Source of the DNA: Albugo candida
Lineage: Eukaryota
Length of the DNA stretch: 64,000 nucleotides
Reading direction: 5' to 3'
NCBI GenBank assembly: GCA_040437565.1
Contig: JBDOQK010000008.1
Span: 1 to 64,000, forward strand
The notes under the pieces were generated by a model that did not search any database, was not told the origin of the DNA, and saw only the letters and a program-made list of their open reading frames with translations. Every line of letters starts with the position of its first letter. Within the stretch, counting starts at the first letter, position 1. Shown here piece after piece: positions 13,752 through 24,590 of this stretch. Both the position numbers and the translations under genes were made by a program.

Positions 13752-16700
13752 ACCTTAGCACCAAACGGTCCGATAAATGATCAAAATAAATAAATGAGAT
13801 TTACTTTTTCTTCTGTCGACAAGGATTTTACCTTGACATTCAAAGTATCATATAATATTGTGTGCTGCCGCTGTATAGCCGAGGAGTAGAAATCTATATT
13901 GTGCACGCTAACCTGATGCTGCACTGCGGACTGATTTTATTACTTTGTAGCCAATTTACTAATCTTTTTATCATCCATCATCGTATACATTCAGCAGATA
14001 TGATACCTTTTTTTACCGTAAATGGGTCATTTGACCAGTCTTCTCATACCCAGACAATTGGAGCGCCGGAGAGAGTGTGATCATTTTTTGTATTTGATTA
14101 ATAAGACGTGTAGTTATCAATCATTTTTATACACGTTCTATACTAGTACGCTTTTCACATACCTTGCCGTGACCGCATTTGTTTCCAAACAAGTTTGACG
14201 CGCTCCATGAACGGTGGACAATTACTGGTCTAGTTGCGGGGGCCAAGCGAGTGCAGCGTCATTTGTCAATAGCCAAATAGAAGTAGCTTGATACCGGTGA
14301 ACTTCAAAATAACTTGCAGAAGATGAAGTGCTCAGCATTGAACCGCACAAGGCTTGGTATTCGTATTGAAAATGTAGCAAGACAATAGTGAGCAGCTGGA
14401 CGTTGACATGGCTGCAATTTTGGTGTCTATTCGATGGAGCTTGATCGAAATACGCGTCGTATTGCAATTGTGAAGTGACGAAAAATACCTTTCCTAACCA
14501 TGAAAAGCGGATCTCAAGTCAGAAAAAACTGGAGAACTCGAGCGGTTACATTTAAACCAAAGGATGCCTCGTACGTGTCAAATGATACGTTTGATCCTTG
14601 TAGGATGATTGGACTGCGATTTTGCAGGTACTTTAGATAAAGCACACGGGTCATTGTCTAACAGACTAAAGACTCAAAGACACGACAAAGTCGGGTTTTA
14701 AGTGCATACCAGGACCTACTGCAAGTTGGAAGATATCCAGGAAGCGATGACTTTAGACAGCGGTATCAGAATATCAAGATCAATCTTACACAACCAGATA
14801 TCCTTGTTGGACGCAAATACACTGAGATATATGACCATATGAGAACCAAATCAGCATCATCGAGCATACATAAATGTAACGCACTTGAATTGGCAAATAT
14901 TTGCGCGGTATACAATATGGCATTTACTGCTGCATAATGCGAAATAGGGCGCTATTTTGTTTTTTTAGAAATTCGGTACGAGAGTAACTCTTCGTATAAT
15001 CATGCAAATAGATTCTGGCTGTTTCACACGTTACTCGCTTATGTCTTTTTTTTATTAACGAATCGAAGTAAGATAGAAGAGGAACATTCATGGCATAGGG
15101 TGCCACAGTCCGCAAGTGATTTTTTCATACATCAAGTACAGGAATAGTGATAAATATCCGATGAAAGCGTAAATATTGTTTTCGTTTTTGAAATAAAACA
15201 ACGCTACCGTTATTTAAATATAGTCAGCCATCTGATATCGCAAAAAGAAGCAAATGTCGAGTGCTATATCAGTGTGTGTTTGCTTGGTTGTGATTATGGT
15301 TCCGAGAACATCGCCGAACGTGGAGGGAAAATAGCGCGTGCCGAGTCGTCAAAGCGAGAGCGGTGTTTTTTCCGTCTTTTATGTTTGTCTTAAATGCTAC
15401 TTAGGTCATCAAGAAAACTTCCGAGGAGCTCGCTTAAGTTCTGCCTTCACCTACTGATGTATTTTAGATTTCAAAAAGCGGGAATAAATGACAAGAATGA
15501 TAGCTCGATTTATAGTTTGATCACTCATACGTTATCGTACCAGTAGTAACACAACCGATGGAAAGAGGCTGATCAACTGCGCCTAACAATTATTCGCACC
15601 TTTTCGACCGTGACGAAATCAGAAGTATTTATAAACACGTATACTTATGATGGCACCTGATTCTCGAAATATAACGAATACTGAAACGAAAAGAACGATC
15701 TGTTTCATGAAAATTTACTCCTGCAGTTCCCAAAATATCGCTCCGATCAAGCATGCATCATTTACTGCATCAACTGGTCATTCTAATATTGCTTTTTCCC
15801 ACGAAGGAAAAAACAATTTTTTCTGGATATTACGGCTAACCTATCAAGTTGACTTTTGAACGTCAGTATTCTCCCGCAGTTTGATCTTCCTCTCTCTCCT
15901 AGAGTGTCTCTTGTACCGACTCGTTCGTTTCTCTTTCAAGAAGTCAAAGCGACCTCGCAGTTTGCAAAACAACTCAAGCATTAACTTTCCAAGAACGCCT
16001 TGTACATGTACGAGATCAAGCGAGTGGACAATGCACCAGGATTAGAATCGAAATGAAAAAAAGGGCCATGACTGCTCTTTTTTGTTGATCCATGCTTCTT
16101 TACACTACGTGGACCTGAGTTGTCCATGTTTTGGTAGCAACCTATCAGATACGAGCTTACAACTTGATAGCATGCTCGGAAAGTTTTCGGAACCATGATC
16201 TTGATGAAGAAGCACACTTGTAGAAGCCAACATTCTCATGTCAAAAATCAAGTAGACTACAACAGACGTAGCGTTGATGTGACATCTGAATCAGATCAGA
16301 ATTGGAACTTCACTCTGTATACAAATCAACAATGATAGCAATACAGAGTTGCCTGCTTGATAGGTATGAAAATTGTCAAGTTCAACGAGATAGTAGCTCG
16401 TTTGCATAGATCAAAGCCGCGTGTATGAAATCAATTACTAAGAACAAATAATTGGGATTTCACATCACGAAGCAGAAGAAGAAAAGCTCGAACTCATCTT
16501 TGCGATATAATTTGGTGCACTTATAAGCAATAACGAGGAGTCAACATAAGACATATCGAATTTATTGCCATTACTATCGCAACCTGATACCAGGTGAGGA
16601 TTCCAATCGCAGAAACGAAATAGGAGATTGGAAAGATTCCGCTGTTTCGTTTCACAGCATCAGTTTGTATTCCCGTACTAATCCGCGTGGTATTTTACAA

Positions 16701-16932
16701 AGACAACGCATACCGTTTTCTGTCATCGGATGCTTGAGGAAAAGAAACGCAAGCTATTCGTCTTGACATAGTGACGTTTTGACTCATTTTGCACCATTCA
16801 CTTTGCAAGCTAACAAAAAAATAGAAGTGGTTTTGTTTCTAAAATGGTGAGCTTTCACCTGTTCAATATTGTATCTCGCTTCGTAATGAATCACAGTCAC
16901 ACAAGCCCGATAGCTACATAGATTAGCTTCTT

Positions 16933-18600
16933 TCAAGTGACAGTAAGGTTACGACAGATAGCAACGCCTTTACAGATACCGAAACAAAGAAAGAGGACGC
17001 TGCTTTTTCTTACTGTACGAATATTGATTCTATCGGACGTATGATAGTTGTGAGACCTTCTCCTCTGTGAAGTCTTGCAAATTGGGGTGAGAAATATACA
17101 GGTTTGAAATTGACTTGAATCACTGGACAACTCTGGCTTATACCGTTCTTCCAAATAGCTTGCTCATGACGCAATGAGAAGCAGTGTGAAGTGTGATAGC
17201 ACAAGAACTGCTGTCATGTCCAGAGGGGTTTTTGGTGAGCGCCACTGTGTTAGGAAAAGGAGGAGTGACCTCAGTGATACTATGTGACAAACAAGTCAAT
17301 AGACTATCGTTCGACGTCTTCACCTGGCCAGTATCATTATTGCGGGTCAAAAATGAACAAACGAGGATGGAACGCTTTGTATCTATGTAGATTTTGATCC
17401 AAAAGCGGACAACAAGAAGGTCTGTTTAGAAGAGTGGTTGGTTGCGTGTGTAAAGAGACTAATACAAGGCAAAGACATGATTCTTATGGAAAATTGCTTC
17501 ATTTGCGAACTTTCGACACCTCATTTCTCAAATCTACTTGTACGATTTCCAGATGTGAGACCATCACAGACAACGATGGAATGAATCTTGTCCATTTCAA
17601 GACAAAGTTTTGTTTCGTCTTCGTACCTGGTGTATGGACCCTTCGATTCAGCAATGCAATTTTCAAGAGACGGAGCGTATGTCATATTGAATGGAAATCC
17701 TTCCTGATAAATGAACGCCACATTCCGGAACAGGTGTCCTTTATTCTCGCAAGTGGGTGTTGCCAATTTGTTAGTCTCCTCATACTGTGTTTCAATGCTA
17801 CATCCATTTATTGTGGTAAAACCAGGATCCATTTTCGGAAATTCTTCTCCGTAAATACTGCTTCCTGCTCCAGTAGTAAACTCTGCTTTGCCAGTGTCCA
17901 CGTTAAAGAATTCGCACTTGACTTTTTCACATAGGCTTGTTTCAATGATGTTGTATGCATTAGCACTTAACACCTCCATTGAAAGGACGTTGTCGCACAT
18001 GCAGACGTTGTCTGCAAGTATCGTAAGCATACTNNNNNNNNNNNNNNNNNNNNNNNNNNNNNNNNNNNNNNNNNNNNNNNNNNNNNNNNNNNNNNNNNNN
18101 NNNNNNNNNNNNNNNNNNNNNNNNNNNNNNNNNCTGCTCCAGTAGTAAACTCTGCTTTGCCAGTGTCCACGTTAAAGAATTCGCACTTGACTTTTTCACA
18201 TAGGCTTGTTTCAATGATGTTGTATGCATTAGCACTTAACACCTCCATTGAAAGGACGTTGTCGCACATGCAGACGTTGTCTGCAAGTATCGTAAGCATA
18301 CTTTCAGGATTCGTGATTCTGACCGAGGTATGAGGATAACGAGTGACATGTTTCGGCGTAGTGCCAACTAGCCAAAGGATGCTAAAATGATATGGAAATA
18401 TAGGTTCGACATTGCGATGGTTGGTGTTGATGATCTTGAGAGAATCTTGAAGAGCGAGGTAACATTGTCTGGGCACTGTGCGTGTTGGTTGAGCAAAAAA
18501 TAAGGTCTGGAGTTTTGACGTTGTCAGTAAAGAAATTGAATTCGTGAGTTACAAATATATGAAATGCAGAGTAAGACGAATGCATACTCAAATGGTATAG
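16933..18600 (-). pseudogene. Fragmented cysteine-rich lineage-specific gene (possible decayed secreted protein)
   Basis: ORFs 17967-18476 and 17521-18030 join into one frame once the gap overlap is removed. Further fragments continue at 17138-17350 and 16933-17154 after stops/frameshifts. No known domain recognised. Confidence 0.45.
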
Positions 18601-18699
18601 AGCATGCTCACCTAAATATTGCTGGAATCTAGTTTAATCAAGTAATTATTTTGTCAAGGATTTAAATACACTGTTTAACTGGTTGTTTAACTACCTTCC

Positions 18700-18890
18700 T
18701 TATCCTATCATGAGCCCCTGACCGTGTGAATATCACTTAAGGCTGACTTCAGACCTAGGGAGGCAGATATTTTCCAAGCTTATTGCTTGGGTGGGCTCAA
18801 ACCGCTGTCCACACTGCTGGGGATCAAACTAACGACCTCCGGTCGGGGGTCCGTGCGCTCAAGTGCTTAACCGACTGAGCTGGGTACGAT
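18700..18890 (-). mobile_element. tRNA-like-headed repeat (probable solo/partial LTR of the gypsy family, or SINE-like element)
   Basis: Minus strand reads CGTACCCAGCTCAGTCGGTTAAGCAC...GAGGTCGTTAGTTTGATCCCCAGC: A-box/D-arm-like plus B-box/T-arm-like. The first 42 nt match 24549-24590 with 1 mismatch. 3' limit uncertain. Confidence 0.6.
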
Positions 18891-18891
18891 G

Positions 18892-19221
18892 ACTTCTCAA
18901 TTTGCCGGATACTAAGTAACCCGCTAATTTAGTAAGAAAACTTCGAAAAAACAACTTTTTTCAACTCTTTCCTCTCGAAAACAATGGTTCAAGGCGACAT
19001 ATCGACACAACCCAGGGTGCTAGCGTCCACTTGTAGTGACGTGGCAACCCTCATAAGTCACCCAGTATTGGGTGATTGCATGATTGTTGATGAGTCGTCA
19101 CCCTTGTGTGATGACGTGGAAAGTACCCCCACCCCCAGTGTGACGGTACAGGGTAATACCGGAACTACCGGTGTAGGATGTGGTACCGGTGGTACATGTG
19201 GTACTGTCGTTGCCTCGTCAC
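18892..19221 (+). mobile_element. Non-LTR retrotransposon (LINE) 5' end, copy 1 (5'UTR + ORF1 start; runs into gap)
   Basis: Starts ACTTCTCAATTTGCCGG like copy 2 at 24591. ORF1 MVQGDISTQPRVLASTCSDVATL is nearly identical to copy 2. Confidence 0.8.
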
Positions 19222-19997
19222 NNNNNNNNNNNNNNNNNNNNNNNNNNNNNNNNNNNNNNNNNNNNNNNNNNNNNNNNNNNNNNNNNNNNNNNNNNNNNNN
19301 NNNNNNNNNNNNNNNNNNNNNCATTACACCTGAACAGCAGTCGCCAAACCATTGACTGATGCGACGTAGTAGGTTTGTGTTAGTTTGTTTACTAATGCGG
19401 TTAGTATAGATTCTGCATGAATGAATCTCGACTTATCCCAATTTGTTTGCGCGCATTATTGGAAGCAAGATGTATTAAACAAGTTATAAGAAACTACAGA
19501 GCATGAAAATAGTTATAAAATCCTGCTTCTTCGTGGCGAAAAGACTAGATATGATATATATGATATATAATGCACTACTAATAAGCGTTTCGGTATACTT
19601 TTTTCAAAGAAACTAATGCATTAATCTAGTTTCTGTGGATCAGATAAGGGGATATGTATATTATGTGCTATAGTACAGGCCATAATTTATCAAACCTCGC
19701 AGGCTAATTACTCAGCGCAACACAGAAGCTCCATCCGTAATGAAAACTTGTACTAACTAATCCAGAAATCAAGTCTTAGAGGTATGTTTGCATGCTCAGT
19801 CCATTGCGAATGTTAAAATTGAATGCGTCAACAATGCAATCGCACAACTTCGCTTCACATGTATTGGTCGATTATCGCTTTCCCCTATTCCTTACCCCCT
19901 TCGATTTTTCTCAGATACAATTAAATGTTTCTCCGGATTGGATGGTGTAGCGGAGCCTGTAGAGTGAACACTCACTTTTAGTTTTACGAGGAAAACA

Positions 19998-20858
19998 ATG
20001 CGGGTTGCACAGAACTACGTTTGGTTGTATTGGACATTACAGTGTTCGAATGCATTCGACATCCCTCTCTCCCTCGAACCTGTGGAAGGTGACATAGCAT
20101 CGTTGAAGGTAATGGTGCCATGGAATCTAAGGAAAAATGTGGTTACTGACGACCAATACTTTCTCACATTGGGGGGACACGATGCTATGAGCTTAGCCAA
20201 GAAGACACAGCCACCAGAACAATACGTCTACAAACCGTTCAATCCGGTCAGCCTTGCGGAAGCATTGAACGTTCAACCCCTTCGAGCTGTCACTATCAAG
20301 TGGGACGAAGCATCAATTCGGCCAATAATGCAAATCGATTCACCGAAAGAAGCGCTGAAGTACAAAGATTTGTTTCTCCCTGAGGTGTACAGGAAAATGC
20401 TCCGTATAACTGCTTCCAACGTCGTGTTAAACGATGTCGATAATGACCCTAAAAATGAAGGTGGAGTCGTCGATTTCGACTTTTCACAATTTCACAGCCA
20501 ATTCCCAAATTGGGCATATGAGATATTTATTAAAGTTATTGAGAAAGCATTTGGAAAGCAACCAATCAAATCAATTGATTGTGATCGGATTGCCGAGTTG
20601 GAGTTTCCGAGATTCGGGTTCGATTTGAAAGAAGTAAACATCTTTGAACTGTCAAAAGCGAATTATTTTATGCGAAAGGGCGACGGTAAGTGCTATTTGG
20701 CGGTTCGACTTAGTGAAACGGGGCAATGGAAAATTGGCGCTGCTCTTACCCAGACTCACGATGCCTTATTCCGAAAAAGTAACAAGTCAAAACTACTCAC
20801 GATTGGTTTCACTAAAGCAAAAAACCCTCTTAAACCTTCGACTTCCAATATCCTCTGA
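19998..20858 (+). CDS. Putative secreted pepsin-fold (aspartic protease-like) protein lacking D[ST]G catalytic motifs
   Basis: Intact 286-aa ORF. Probable signal peptide (...LQCSNA|FDIPL). Pepsin C-terminal signatures: IDC...FPRFGF, YF...CYLAV, WKIGAAL...TIGF. No DTG/DSG. Confidence 0.7.
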   Translation: MRVAQNYVWLYWTLQCSNAFDIPLSLEPVEGDIASLKVMVPWNLRKNVVTDDQYFLTLGGHDAMSLAKKTQPPEQYVYKPFNPVSLAEALNVQPLRAVTIKWDEASIRPIMQIDSPKEALKYKDLFLPEVYRKMLRITASNVVLNDVDNDPKNEGGVVDFDFSQFHSQFPNWAYEIFIKVIEKAFGKQPIKSIDCDRIAELEFPRFGFDLKEVNIFELSKANYFMRKGDGKCYLAVRLSETGQWKIGAALTQTHDALFRKSNKSKLLTIGFTKAKNPLKPSTSNIL

Positions 20859-21338
20859 ATGATCATAAGAATATGAATCAACACTGGTTTTGCTTCTGTC
20901 CACAAGAATTCTTTCTACCTGGGCACTTACAGTATGATATAAAATAGTGCACACAAGTCTCCAGTCCTGTAATAGAAATTTGGTGACTAGAACCTAATAC
21001 GTAGCTCTTGATCAGATAATGCTGTAGACTGGTTTGCATGTTTCTGTAACCGATTGAATAATCTATTTTGGATCCATTACCGCAAACTTTTTGCATGATG
21101 CAATAGATTACCATAAGCTGACTCATTTATCGTAGAAAGAATGCAGCAGTGCGGTGAAATGAATGCTTCCTTACTGCACATATCCTTTATATGGCAGAGC
21201 TATCATTCAACATTTCTCAAAACGTTCGATACTTTTATNNNNNNNNNNNNNNNNNNNNNNNNNNNNNNNNNNNNNNNNNNNNNNNNNNNNNNNNNNNNNN
21301 NNNNNNNNNNNNNNNNNNNNNNNNNNNNNNNNNNNNNN

Positions 21339-24300
21339 AGTTGATGGTGAAGTCGGTTTTATGGCTCTCCCTTCGTTGAACGCTCTGTTCAAGCTACACG
21401 AAATGTCTCATTATGAGTTCGGAAATGCCTTGAAGGCTGTCGACTTATCCGAATTAGTGGTCATACGACGCGATGTTGAATTGAACTCAACCTCCTTAAT
21501 TGACGAATACGTTCTTGAGAACACGAAGTTAGCACTTAGTGCCCGTAGAGGATCAGCGGTCCTGAAAGATCTTATGGATCCTAAACCCTGATAGAGGTGT
21601 TCGTCATGAAATTGACTTGATTCCGGGAACTAAATACTGCGTTACACGGCAGTAACGTTTGGCCAAGGAACAATATGACGTCATTGATGAGTTCTTTCGT
21701 GCAAAGCTCGCGGCTGGAATGATGATTCAGAGTAAAACCCTCATTCCACACCAACATTCTGTGTCCGAAAGCCCAATGGAAAGTGGCGCATTGTCCACGC
21801 TTATGGTAAGCTACATGCAGCCACCATTTCGGTTCAGACGCCAATTCGTAGGAAGGATGTGCTTCAGAACGCTATGATCGGGTGTTCCCTGTCCAGTGCA
21901 CTTGACTAAGTCGATGGTTATTACCAATTGCTCATGCGAGGTGGTAACATGCCACCAAATGTAGTTATTACCTTGAGCGGTATGCTCTGGAAGTGGCTTG
22001 TCATGCCCCAAAAGCTATCCAATGCACCCGCTAAATTCAATCGTCTGGTAACGCAAGTGCTCAGACCTCATCGATGCTACACGCAAACATACTTTGATGA
22101 CATTTTCTTCCATAGACATGCCATGGACGGTCCTTCTAATGTAGAAAATCATGTTGACCATTTACGAGCAGTGCTCGGGTGCACGCGCACGAACAAGCCG
22201 TGTGCCAACAAATCAAACTTCATCTTTGATACGGAAGAGATTCCCTTCTTAGGGTGCTTCATCGATAAGCGAGGCCTTAAAGCGGATCCCGCTATGGTGA
22301 AAGCCATAGGCGATTGGCCGATTCCTAAGAACCAGGAGGATTGCGTAAGTGGCTTGGCCTCGCCAACTACTTGAATTAGTACAGCGATAATCACGCCGAT
22401 AGGGCTTGGATCTTGTCTTAACTCCTCAAAAATACGTGAAATGGCTGAACTAGCACACATAACGATGCTTTAAAGCAGGTAAGAAGACTCTCCTCTCCTT
22501 CAGGCCCCGGTTCTGGCTTTGCCAGACCCTGAGCGGCCATACAGTGTCGTCTGTGACGCCTCTGACTTTGCCATCGGTTATCCTCTAATTTAACTAGATA
22601 CCGATGGTCATGTGCGCGTTGGTGCGTATGAATCTCGGTAGCGTAAGGCTGCAGAGAAGAACCACCCGCTTCGTAACTAAGGGCTACTTGCAATTAAGTA
22701 TGATTTAGTCAAATTCAGAGTTCATCCGCTAGGCTTTAAGCCTTGTTTAATTTACACCGATCATGCGTCATTACGCTCTGGAAATTAGTCGCCTCATCTC
22801 TCGCAGAGAATGGCTCGTTGGCTTTCATTCTTTGCCAAGTACAATTTCAATGTGAAGTATAAGCCGGACCAGTGAAATGCACTGGTTGATGCGTTATCTC
22901 GCAGGCCTGATTATGGAATTTTCCATGTAACTACTCTTTCGTAATCAATCACTGACTTAATCCGTGGGTCTTATGCCAAGGATGAGCAGTGTGTAGCTTT
23001 GCTACGTGTACTTTGGAGCGGAGAGTTCACTGACTTAGACATACTATTGCCGCACGATTACGTGCGAGGCTACATCGATCTTCCATCGATCAAGGTATGT
23101 TGTGCTACTGTACTGATATTGAGGATAGTCCTCGTATCGTTGTCTCTCATGATGAAGAGTTGAAGTATCGGATCCTCTTTGAGGCACATGGTACTAGCGT
23201 GGATTGTGTGTTTGGCCTACCAAAAGATTCGGATAGCAATACGGTTATTGTGGTCTTTGTTGACCATTTTTTTTAGAAAGATGGCTCATGTAGTTGCTGT
23301 GTCGGGCTCCATCGATGGTGAGGGTACAGCTACGCTGTTTATCGAGAGAGTGTTCCGTCAACATGGTTTGCCTGTGACAATTATTTCTGATAGAGATCAT
23401 CGTTTCACTGGGAAGTCTTGGAAGTCCATCTTCAAGGTCCTTGGCACCTGATTCGGCATGGCCACTGCGGATCATCCCCAGAACGATGTTCAAACAGAGC
23501 GAGTTAATCTCCTTTTTGATAATATCTTACGAAGAATTTGCGCCGATATCGCTAAGCGTTGGAGCTCTGTGCTCCCTGTTGTGAAGTTTGCGTTAAACAA
23601 CTCTGTTCATGCCTCTACCGGCTATACTACATTCTACGTGAGCGATATCATCTACCCTCGCGTATCTTTAACGCCCTCACTGCGTGGTTTAGAGCTTGGT
23701 GGGGGAGAGATGGCCCATCGGCTTGCTGATGTCAGCCCTTTTACTGTTAAAAAGCAGGGTAACGAGTTTTTCGCAACGGGATTAAATGTCTAGCGGCATG
23801 TGCGTGATGCAATGGCTGAGAGCCAAGACAGACAAAAGGAGCAAGATTATGCTCGAACCAGAGGTTGTATTGAAAGTTATGAGGTCGGAGACCAGGTATT
23901 ACTCAGTATTAAAAACCTACCTACAAATGTAGCGTCCGCTATCTTCAAGACAAAGTTGTTGGTATGCTTCATTGCACCATTCACGGTCATGGCTAAGAAG
24001 GTCCTTGCTTACACGCTCAACCTTCCGCGCAAATTGCGCACATACCCAGTGTTTCACGCTGGCCTGCTCAAGACATATCGAGATCCGTTGCACGTTGACT
24101 TTGAGGCGCTTGCGCCGCGTCTCTTGGGCTTGCCAGCAGCTGCTGCATCCGAACAAAGAGGTCAAGCTAAGCATCAATACGAGTTTGGACATACTCCATT
24201 TCCTGAAGGTGAGTCTGTAGCGCGTGAAGCGTACGCTGGGTCTGAACCAAAGTCTCGCAGACACACGTCACTTCGTGATCAGCTACTTGTGTTTCTCCAT

Positions 24301-24590
24301 CGATACACCGACCACCAACGGCGTTGCTGACGAGCAAGGGAACTTACAGTTCCATGTTGAGAAGGTTCTTCGCGCGACATCATCATCATCGACTAAACCA
24401 GTATCTGGTGAAGTGGTGAGGTTATCCCGAGTCCGAGAACTCATGCGAGTACGAGATACCTATATGCCTTGGATGTTTTTGAACAACGTGGGCAGGGCCA
24501 TCTTGAGACCATTGGCGCTTCCCACCAGTAGTAAAGTGAGAGGGGTTCCGTACCCAGCTCAGTCGGTCAAGCACTTGAGCGCACGGACCC
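21339..24590 (+). mobile_element. Degenerate Ty3/gypsy (chromovirus-type) LTR retrotransposon: pol + PPT + start of 3' LTR
   Basis: RT (VMPQKLSNAPAKF, YFDDI, IPFLG), RNase H (VVCDASDFAIG), integrase (HGLPVTIISDRD, HPQNDVQTERVN, GDQVLL, YPVFHAGLLK), chromodomain (FHVEKVL...YLVKW*GYPESENS). Purine tract AAAGTGAGAGGGG at ~24533-24545. Many stops/frameshifts; integrase HHCC region appears deleted. Confidence 0.9.

Noticed and set aside
13800..16900. Scattered 60-80 aa ORFs
   Set aside because: No recognisable homology or consistent exon structure.
17864..18302. Apparent internal duplication in the Cys-rich gene
   Set aside because: Identical copies either side of a 100-N gap: assembly overlap.
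18813..18888. Functional tRNA gene
   Set aside because: No proper acceptor stem, oversized anticodon region and mutated T-arm; treated as a tRNA-derived repeat.
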